A stretch of 32,070 nucleotides of DNA, from the NCBI GenBank assembly GCA_000320545.1, contig ADNK01003347.1, positions 1 to 32,070 on the forward strand. The letters are read 5' to 3'. Of this stretch, positions 21,718-32,070 are shown one piece after another. Position numbers and translations under genes: made by a program. The first letter of the stretch is position 1, and each line of letters opens with the position of its first letter. The notes under the pieces are model-generated. The model had not been told where the DNA came from. It did no database searches and worked only from the letters and a program-made list of their open reading frames with translations. The stretch is from Bigelowiella natans CCMP2755 (Eukaryota; Protista; Cercozoa).

Positions 21718-22136
21718 TTATTGCGTTTTCACATAGGGCTTCAACTGAAGAGACACAAAAACGTATTCACAGACCATTCTTCAAATTCAATAATGATACC
21801 CACCTCAAAATCTGTTAAATCCGGAGCTTCGAAAGTGTATTGTTCCACTTTCTCTGGATCAAGCTTAAAACCTAAATGACAATAACATATGTACTTATTC
21901 TACGTAGTAAACATGTGGATACTCCACATTCCGGTTAAAAACAGAATCTTGCGCATTCTAAAAACCGCAGAATGTAATGGGTCTGAAGCTGCACAACCTG
22001 TAGCGGTCCACCTTCCCATCTTCCTTGCTGGAGCACCATAACCCTTGTAAAAATTCTTGTTTCCCCTTTTGGCAGTGAGAACAATCCTCTTTCCTTTCCG
22101 CGCGAAAGTGCTGAGCCTTTGGGCGACGGACGCCAT
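21718..22136 (-). CDS. MRPL41: Mitochondrial large-subunit ribosomal protein mL41, 77 aa
   Basis: Exons 22136-21998, 21871-21804 and 21744-21718: ...LTAKRGNKNFYKGYGA..MGRWTATG|FKLDPEKVEQYTFEAPDLTDFE|LKPYVKTQ, matching the mL41 KRG...YKG.G and PDL..F.LKPYV signatures. Confidence 0.9.
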
Positions 22137-22990
22137 GAGGAGCTTTTGCAGGCGTAGGTAAGGTGCCGGAGATATATGGAGATGAGCTTGGTCTGTTATC
22201 ATCTCTGATGAACCTCTCAATTTACTAGTTTTACTTAGGAATAAACCAAAGCACAACTGTATACTGCGACAATACTATTTGGACGTTATTATTAGAATTA
22301 TAGCAATATGTGCTGATCGGGGATAAAAATATGAAGTTCGTGGGAATTTTAGAAATACGACAAGAAAGAGAGTATGTCGCTCATTTTGAGGAATAATAAG
22401 TTGACCCTTCTCACGGTTTCCTCCAACTGCAACGTCCCCACTGAACTAGTTCTAAGGCGAACGCACAATCCAGAAGAGGCATAACGTAACACCTTCAGGA
22501 AATTTGTGGGTATCTATAGTGCCTGTATGCGAGGACGGAGCATAAGACGGCGAGAAAACAAGAGGACAGGTAATTGTGCTCGACAACATGCATCGTGTAT
22601 TCTATCCGTTAAGTATACGTGTTCTAAATTGCTGTAGGAGATTCTTCTTCTTCCACGAACAAGGTCAGTGCAATTTGTTGTATACGTACGATACCATCCT
22701 GCCTTGACAGACTCAAACAATATAGGTTAGCGTAGATTTGACTATGACTGGAAGAGGGTTTGGGAATAGAACACCCCGTGGAAGCCAAAAAAACGAAAGG
22801 CGTACATCGCGCCTTCATTCGAAAACGTCAACAGAGGAGGACGGAATGACAGAACGACCCAATCTGAGGCAGCAGGTCGGAAATGATAATTTAAATATGC
22901 ATTCCACTACTTCTGCTGGGCCTGCAACAATCCGTGTTTGGATGATGTGGCGACGATCAGATCGAAAAACTAAAGGCGGACAATAAACAA

Positions 22991-25249
22991 ATGCAACAAA
23001 TGTCCATGCTTCCGTCTAACCCTGCTCTGGCTGCAAGTAAATAAATTTTGATATTTTTTTGGGAGATTTGATTTTAAAGGTTTGATGTAACACTCAAACT
23101 CGTCGTGCTTTTGTTTGAATAAAAAATGACATAAGGTATGCCGGCAGCATGGGGACAGACAATGGGGAGGGGAGCCACGATGGGAGGTACGATGCCTCCT
23201 CCATGGGCGATGACTGCTGCTATGCCAAATCAATCCTCACCATGGGGTGCGCTTGGAAATGGCGATCAAGACCCCGATGAGGTTCTGAGGGGGTTCTCTA
23301 AGAAGTTTCGGGAGAAAGAGGACAAGTATAAGGCAGTTATAGAGAAGCTGTCGCGCTTGAACCAGGAACTCGCTCTCACAAAGAGCAAAAACATGATGCA
23401 AATAGATACCTTGTCGAAGGAGATAAGGCGTATACAGGTACCAATCGCCCGTGCACGAAGGAGAGAATATAGATTCCATAAATCTGTGACGCAATATCCA
23501 GAAGCCAAAAGAGCTGCTTCTTAGCTACCCCCTGCACGACACCTGTAGATATCTAGTGGTGTATTTATCGTGAGTGTCCACTCGTTCGATCTCCTTTTTT
23601 GTTGGCTTTCTCCTGTTTCCGTCTGGATGTGACCCCCCCCCCCCCCCTTTAACGTCTTGATTGAAGCCTAAAAATAATCCGTCTCACAGCAAGCGGTGGA
23701 GTCGAAGTCCAAAGAGCTCGAGAAGGCCAAGATCCTTAATCACGAGCACGTAGCAAGGCAAAAGCAAATGGCCAAGCGCCACTCAGAGCAGGTCGCGCAC
23801 CGGGAGAAGCAGGCCGCCGCGCAAATGGAACGCAACGAGAAGGAAAGGGCCAACCGAAGGCTGCAGATCACAAAGCTGATGGAGGACATCAACATCAAGT
23901 CGTCGTCCATTACAGAGCTCGAGGGAAAGCTCCAGGGACTTGTTGCGACGGAGAAGGAAGCTGTTGCTGCGAAGGAGGAGATGCAGAAGGAAATGGGGGC
24001 ACCCAACCTCAAGGAGCTTCAAAAGAAGGTGCGCGACTTAGAAGAGGCGGAGCTGCGAACGCGAGTCGAGAACGAGAAGCTGAAGACAACCAACGAAGCC
24101 CTCAACCAGGCCCTCAACCGCGCGATGCATGAGAAAGTAGAGCTCGATAACGAGATTAAGAGCCTCACGGAAAAGGTGTGTTCTCCTCTTAGATGGGTCA
24201 TTCGTTGAGCAAGGAGACAGAAGAAAATCGTGAGTTCGTCCCTCGTATCCCGTCATTAGATACCGGAATGTTCATTTGCTGAGTTCAAATGATAAGATTT
24301 TAGGATTTACTCAAGCAATGCTGTGCTTTTAACCAACCTTCTGTGAACATGGCGGATTACGTTAATACTTAGACGACTAGCCAGAAGGAGGAGGTGAAGA
24401 AACTAAGGCAGGAGGCAAAAGGGCTTCAAACTGAAAACGAGACGCTGACGGAGAAGGTCGGCGCACTGGAGGAGGAGAAGAGGCGAATGCAAAAAATCAC
24501 GCGAGATCTGCGGGAGAAGGTGATGAACACGGAGGAGAAGCTAGACGATGCCAAAGCACAGATTGCTCACTATGATGGAGCATTGCAGGAGCTCAAAGAA
24601 CGGTGGATTTAGTAGTCGTCGTCGTCGTCGCCGTCGTCGTCGTTGTAGCAGGAGTATAGAGTAGCACATCAACAAATTATGTTATATTAGATGTCCGCCA
24701 CCAGATTTACGAATAAATCGCAGGCTGGTGCTGGTGGCTCTTGTTCTGATATTAAACCAAGTTTCCCCCCCGAAAAACTGTGCACGATTACACTGCAGCA
24801 GTGCTCTCTGTTGTTTCCTCACCCGGCCTTTCAACCCGTTCCATGACTGCGTTGGTAGGTATACAACGTTGGATGAAGCCAACGTCAAGGAGCAGGGGAG
24901 CTCAGCATACTTCCGGCAGGAGCTCGAGGATACGCGCTCTGAGAAGAAGCGCCTGGAAAAGGAGGTCGTTGCACTCAAGACCGGCCTCAACGCCCTCACG
25001 GCAGAGAACAAGCAACTGGAGGAAAAACTGAAGCTTTCGACTGACCTTGACAAGCTAGATTTCGAGAAATTAAACGAGATAATGACTTCAAGCAAACGGA
25101 TGGCAGGAGCTTTGGAGGTGATTCGGAATCACGTGAGGAGAGGAGATGAGGTTAGTAGTAGCCGTCTTGGTGAGTCCGCACTCATGGCGACGGCGGCAGC
25201 GCCAGTAGCAGCGCCAGTAGCAGAGAGCGACGACGCCAAATCATCGTGA
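22991..25249 (+). CDS. Long coiled-coil protein, ~484 aa, with Met/Gly/Pro/Trp-rich N-terminus
   Basis: Phase-consistent exons 22991-23036, 23136-23437, 23690-24175, 24373-24602 and 24859-25249 (1455 nt). E/K/L heptad pattern throughout. Confidence 0.8.
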
Positions 25250-26256
25250 CAGCGCGGCAGTCGTACTTGGATTGGAATAGAATGCTAAATGCAATGGCTG
25301 AACGCAGGGCGTTGATTCGCGTTTAAGCCTGTTGTGATGAAATGCTCATTATGATACAATAGATGTAAAAAAATATTGACTGAATAACAACGTCATCTAA
25401 CACGTAAAATGGCTCTTAGAAACATCGATCTAGATATGCTTCTCTGCAAAACAAAGAGCTCCCTTGCTAAAAAAAACAGCTAGCTTTATCTTGTTTTTGT
25501 GGCACATTGATCCAGAAACGGCTAATACGCGCGATGATGGTTGAATTTGATTTAATTGCCTCTATGCTAGCGCACGCATGAATGAATGGAACAGCAGCAG
25601 TTAAAAAATTCACCACAAGTAAGCTATCAGTGCCACAGTGAATGATTGCGTTTTCATGTGCTGTTATTGGCTGTAGCGTGTGACGATATGGAAAGTGAGC
25701 ACGATCTAATTGACATCTGATCCATCTAGCCATTAGTACCAAAGGTGTTTATGTAGATCTATGGAGATATATGCGACGGTAATAAGCGTTTGCAAGTAGC
25801 GATGCGCGCATGCCCGACGAGGCGGCGGTCATGAGAAGGCGGATTGCACTCGCTATGTATCGTACGCTCTTAGGTGATGGACAAATGTGCGTCGTCAGTG
25901 GCAGCACTAACGCATTGCATTGTAAGACTACATATATTAGCTACATATGATCCAGGAAATCAAACAAGACAGAGTAGATCGACCAAGTGCCCACGGACAC
26001 GAAGACGCTATTACGATTGCCCTTTTTATTATTCCCCATTGACACTTACGCTTCCTTCCTCCACCGAACGATGTTTCTGATCACGCTGCTGAACATATAC
26101 GGTTCAGATGTCGGCTGAAAACGCACTGCCTTGCTTCTTTCTTTCTTGGCGATCTAGAGCAGCGCCGGGAGACTAGCCATCATTCTACTTTAGATTCCGC
26201 AATAAAAAGCATGCCACGTCTTGATATATATATTGTTGCATTTATCGAAGTCATCA

Positions 26257-26771
26257 TCAATAATTCGCTGCTGCCGTGCCCATTAAGTCTTCGAATTTTA
26301 TCCCGTGGACTTCGTAAAGATAATCAACAGCAGTCTTTCCCTAGGTAACAGAACACAATGAAGAAGACACTCACAATGGTGGATGCATGCACATTGTATC
26401 TACATTTGCATGCTGATGTATTTTCGTAAACCCAAGACGTCTATCACCTTTTCATCCTTTAAGTAAGGATCCGCCCCTTTCTTGATGAGATAACTACCAT
26501 ACGCAACGACGCAAAAACGAGGGGGAAAGGAAAAAGTCATTGACACCTGAAAGGGCCCCTCTAGCCAGGCCATATAACAAAATTGAGAACTAAAACTCAA
26601 ATAGAGAGATACGCCCCTTCTCTCTTTTTTTTAAATAAAATCGCCGAAAATTCCGATTAAACTCCGTTGTCGATCAACACACACGCCTTGCACACCCCAT
26701 GGCAACGGCACGGACAATATCGCTATTGACCACTTTCTACTACAGAGCACACCCTCTGTCATTCCCATCGT

Positions 26772-26805
<34 letters not shown>

Positions 26806-27642
26806 GCTACTATTCCTCGAAACCGTATGATGTCTTTATTGCCCTGCACCACCGCATAGAGTAAAGGCGTCATCCTGCAAGAAATTGGAAGGAACGTGTT
26901 TGACCAAAAATGATCGCACAATCACCATATCTGCAATCTTTCTCTCTCTCTCTCTCTCTTGCCCTCCCCCCCTCTCTCTCTCTTGCCCTCCCCCTCTCCT
27001 CCTTCCTTCCACCATCCTCCTAAATTTCAGGCCGTCCTGCACCTATTCGAATCGATTTGGCTGAGGCTAGCGCCTTCTTCTACGAGGCGAGACACCATCG
27101 GATACGATGCAATGTCGATCTGCAGAGAAACACACACGCCATATTCTCAATACTCTCGCTAAATCGCACCAGGGGTTTCACCGCATAGAATGAAAATATG
27201 ATGACTGCTGCCGTCCTGCAACGTGCTTGGCTGAGCTAAATGCGTTGTTTTGAATCAATGATAAGCATGAAAACTCTCGATGTAAAAGCAGGCTATACAC
27301 AGTATCTGCTAAGCCCCCCGTAAGCGCGTAAGGAGACATGGTGCCGCAAAAAACGCGCCGCGGAAAGAAGGTTTTGACTCTGATCTCAAACGATTCTCTC
27401 TTTTCTGCGGCAAATATTTTTCGCAAAAAAATGCGGCTTTTGGATGATAGCAGCAACGATGAAAATCCCTCTGACCGCTCGGTAAATCGCGGTTTTCCCT
27501 CGAGAATCAGGCGTGTTGATTTGCAAACGTGGTCGCCGCCGCGACAATAGTGCCTACGATCAAAACAGGCCAACTCTCAGTTTGGATCAGTGAATCCGTT
27601 TTCCTTCCAAGACAAACACACAATGTATATAATCTAAATGTA

Positions 27643-27728
<86 letters not shown>

Positions 27729-29830
27729 TATGAAGAAAGGATTCCAACCCGAATGAAAGGTATTACACTGTATTACTCATCGCTGAATTTTGTTTCGCTA
27801 AACAATCCCCCACCCCACCGAGACTAGCAATTACTGAACATCACCTCGAAGCACTCCGTAAAATTACGCTCTACGGCCAACATCAATGGCGTTTCACCCC
27901 GCCGCGCCCCTAAGTTGGGATTAGCATTTGCGTCGAGGAGGAGCTGTAGCATGGGGGCAGACCTCCGGATGACCTGCAAAAAAGCATAGAGCGAGAGGCG
28001 GAAGGAAGGGAGAAGACGGTTATTCGGTTCCAAAAGCGACCTCTCACACGCAACACCGTACCCCCTTACGAGTGCCCCATGATAAACAATTTGCGTGTCG
28101 CTTTACTTCCTCACATGCTTAGGATAGAGAAAGGAAGGAAATCTGATGTGTCAATGTGTCTCAGCATAGTATCCGCGCGTGTTTGTAGAGGCACCGCGAT
28201 GTGGAGAGCGGAAAGGTGCTGCTCGAACGTCTGTGCGTCGACGTCGGCCTTCATCGCTAGAAGCCTTGCAACACACCAATCGTCGTTTTTATTAACTGTG
28301 CGGGGACACATTTAAGTGTTTGTTTTTTATAGAAAGAGAGAAATGATCAACAATGCCTGAAGCGAGCAGTGCGCGTTTGGCAACGCTTATAATGAAGGAG
28401 GAAACACTACAATAGAATTAGATAAAACCCTTACAGAAGTTTCAACGACGACCGACAGAGCAGCAGCAGAATAATAATAATAATAATGACAGCAAACAAC
28501 ACCACAGTCGGTGACACGGGTTTCAGAGAAAGAAAGTGCTCGGTTTTGAGCGGAAAAAGCCTTACGCTTTGACTATTTCCGTGCTGTTGTTCTTCACCGC
28601 CTCGATCAGCGCGCTGCCATATCTGCCCGCGCAAGCAGAGGTTTCATACGAAGTTACACATCACATAAAAGCAGATCATTGTGTCAGCTCCAAAGTCACT
28701 CGCCCAACTCGAAGCTAACCGCAAACGGCTATCTGTCGCCCTTGGCCTTAGCAAGGTTTTGACCGGGAAATATGAAAACCATCGCTTGTCGTGAACACAC
28801 ACTCACACTATAAGTTACCCTGGTAATAGCACGTTTGGATTCGCCCCTATTGATGATAAAATGCCGTCGTAAGGCGATAACATATCATGCCATTTGCAAC
28901 TGCGTGCCCCATACCCGTCCCCCCTTTTCCCAATCTCCTCCCCCTTTCGATGAATCAATTTCGCCTTTTTAAATCTTCTTCTTCTTCTTCTTCTTCTTCT
29001 TCTTCTACTGCTGTTGCTGCTACTCGGCATCAATCTACACAAGGCAGCAGATCTTGCAAATATGAGTCACCAGAGAGAAGAAGCATATCCATCATCCTTA
29101 TATCGTTTCGGCGCACAGCTAGCAGAAGGGGCGTCTCACAAACTTGGCCTACGATTAATACATACACACATACCCAAATAAAGAAGAAGTCAGTCTTGAC
29201 GTTTGAACGACGCGCGCGCAAGCCCTCTCCTAATCCGTCGTATTTATTTATCGATCTTACAATTCCTGTAACATACGCTTCCCCCCCCTCCCCCCCCTTT
29301 CCCCGTTTGGAGGAGCCAGTCGATGATACCGCTTCTTCCATCGTTCTCTCCTTTCTTGTTGATCATGCCTTTGTTGACATCGCACCCTAAAATGTATAGA
29401 ATACCAAAATAAGAAAATACGAAAAAACAACGGCGTGCGTAATGCTGAGGAGGCAGCGAGAAATCATAACATTGAAACTATCGACAAGTCCCGGAAACAC
29501 GCACTATACGCAACGAGCAGCCAATGTAGTGCATGAATCAAAATTCCAAGAAAAATGCGGCGAACATCAAATATTGGACTCTGCCCACTATTCGGGACTC
29601 GCGACTTTGTTCCACGTTTGATAGTGTCGCAGGGCGAGAGTGGCCAGCACTTTATTTTATGCCTATTGCGACTTTTTTTTGAAAATGTAGAGTTTGGCAA
29701 AAACTTGTGCACCAGCATTCAGAAGCAGCCGCGCGCATTCACGATAGCCCCGCAACACACTCAAAAACAACGGGGACACCTGAGAAAGAGAAAAGAAAGA
29801 GCGATACGAATGTTTCCTATCAAATTCACA

Positions 29831-29874
<44 letters not shown>

Positions 29875-29915
29875 GTGATGAGGCAAACCTGTGCGTGCGC
29901 ACACACACAGATATA

Positions 29916-29957
<42 letters not shown>

Positions 29958-29958
29958 G

Positions 29959-30007
<49 letters not shown>

Positions 30008-30019
30008 GAGTAAGAGATC

Positions 30020-30055
<36 letters not shown>

Positions 30056-30808
30056 GATCATGCCTACACCTAGTTCTCCCTCAGATCATAACCTCGGATA
30101 TCTGCCATCTCCATTACTATATTTACAATAGGGACCGCATTATCATTATTACTATTATTATTATTATTATAATTGCTAATATTATTACATTGTCAACAGG
30201 TGCGAAATCCACGTCAGGCTTTCCGTTTTCCAGCATCATCGCAAGAGCCCTCGAGTCATTGTGCTGCACGGCCAGCAACAGCGGCGTGACTCCATTCTCG
30301 TTGGGACTGCCCAAGAGGGAGGGGGGGGGGGAGGGAGGGTGAAACTATATTGCGGGGACGACTTGGAAGTATTTAGTTTGAGAATATGGCGCATATCAAG
30401 ATGATGCGAATCGAAGAACAAAGCAAGAAGCTACTCGACTCCCTCCACCCCCCACCCCCTCGCTCTCTATAATAACACACCGGTCGCAGTCGGCCCCAAG
30501 AGAAATCGCTCGCTGTAGTTACAAGAAAGATGGGCAGAGGGAGAAGAATCAAAAGCGATATTCTGTTTGTCTGCATGCCTTCACGTGTTGATATGATTCG
30601 TGGCATCGCCTCCCCTTCTCATTCCCTCTCACCGTCCAAAACCACCATTTCTCTCTTGTTTTCTTTCAATGTTTTGTATGAGCATGAGAGAGTGTGCGTG
30701 CGTATTCTTTCAACGGCAAAGTAACCTCAATAGCCCCATAGCTTCTCTCCGCGACAGCCATAAACAATACGCCTACATTGTATACACACACAAACACACA
30801 CAGACACA

Positions 30809-30867
<59 letters not shown>

Positions 30868-31710
30868 CACAGAAAGGCAGCACACAAGAGCGGACGCAAC
30901 AGCGGTGGTGGCGATGATGATATCCATGACGGGACTGACTGATTACCGGGAGAGCTCATGACGCCCTCGTTGATATCGACGCCACACCTACATGCATGCA
31001 GCAGGGGTCATGATGGCTGACGATGATGACGACGATGAGCATCATTGGAAAAGGAAGATGAACATCAGGACGGCTGTAGAGCGCATCGTCGTGTTATACG
31101 CATACGCATCGTGCTCCTCCAGGAGCTCTTTCGAAACATGACTTCATTTAACTACGCATCGGGTTGCTAGTTTCCTACTCTTCCACGAGGAAGCTCATTG
31201 CCCAGGCATTGTCGTGCATGGCGCTCACTCCAAGACAGCTCACCTGAGATGGCAGCGAAGATAAGATGAAGCGAAAGGTGTCTCATGTTCCCGCGAATTG
31301 GTTATGTCAACTAGATGCGTCGATGCATCAATAGTAAAGGAATGGGGTGTTCCCGGCTCTCATCGAGCTGAAAGCACAGATGTGATTCTCTCCTCGACGG
31401 AAGGAGAAAATAAAGGACAGCAGAAATCGGAATATTCGTCATTCAACCCCCCCCCCCCCCTCCCCCCTCCCTCCTTTACAAGCCTTTCCAAGTGGGTAGT
31501 TAGGTTTGTATGTGACATCGGAGCCATCATGAAAAGGACCACGAAGCATGATGCAACCTACTGCAGCAATCAATGTTGCTGCGAGATCACCGCCCCTCCC
31601 CTCCCCTCTCCCCCAACACTTTCCACCTCGTCCTTTCTCAGAGCAGAGGGGTCTGCCTGGTGGCGCTCTACCAGCATCCTCGCGCATTCATTGTGCCCGC
31701 ACGCTATGTA
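26257..31710 (-). CDS. Multi-exon ankyrin-repeat protein (5' end probably beyond window; 3' end uncertain)
   Basis: Small exons encode ACGHNECARMLVERHQADP, NENGVTPLLLAVQHND, VSPLFLSVLRGYRECARLLLNAGA, ETPLLLAVRRND, GSALIEAVKNN, LSALHIA, LLLDANANPN..RRGETPLMLAVERN, MTPLLYAVVQGNKDIIR, YLIKKGADPYLKDEK and GKTAVDY. The full splice path was not resolved. Confidence 0.85.
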
Positions 31711-31834
31711 TGGTGGGAGGGAGAGGCATGGAAATCACAACGCATTCTCGCATACATGCATGGAAACACCGTTGTCGAGGAAGGAGGGAGAGCTTTCGTG
31801 CAGACGCAGGGATTGTTTATAGAGAAAGGAGAGC

Positions 31835-31865
<31 letters not shown>

Positions 31866-32070
31866 AAAAACCCTTTTAAATTTTTCCAAATTGGGGGCCA
31901 CCCCAACCCCGCCCAAAGGGGGGGTTGACCCGCACTCTCCCCCCCGTCTTTTTTAATGTAAGACCCCCCCCCCCCCCCCTTCTAGAAAGATGTTTATTTT
32001 GATGTCCCGCGCAAAAAAAAGGCCCCGCCCCAAAAGAAGGCCAGGGGCCCCAGTGTTCCCCCCCGAAAAT

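Noticed and set aside
31830-32070. G/C homopolymer-rich end (G-quadruplex-like)
   Set aside because: Looks like low-quality read sequence following a long poly-G run.

Overview
Gene-dense, intron-rich eukaryotic (protist-type) DNA with short GT-AG introns, many filled with microsatellites. The organism cannot be determined from sequence alone. I reconstructed by hand: a TTLL11-like tubulin glutamylase (5' end outside the window), an unknown 412-aa protein, a 734-aa truncated dynein-heavy-chain derivative (linker+AAA1+AAA2) ending in a CaaX box, a G-alpha subunit, a signal-peptide protein, an intronless U-box/VWA/alpha-kinase/FYVE protein, mitoribosomal mL41, a coiled-coil protein and a multi-exon ankyrin-repeat gene. 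The most striking signal is not a gene. Three intergenic islands (~3.7-4.0, ~10.0-11.8 and ~19.4-21.3 kb) have lost almost all TpA dinucleotides, apparently by TA->TG/CA change on both strands. CTAG is spared and CpG is retained. This looks like a locus-targeted, RIP-like A-to-G hypermutation process acting on foreign or mobile DNA. The second candidate novelty is the apparently prenylated, catalytically degenerate 'mini-dynein'. All exon structures and counts are manual and approximate.
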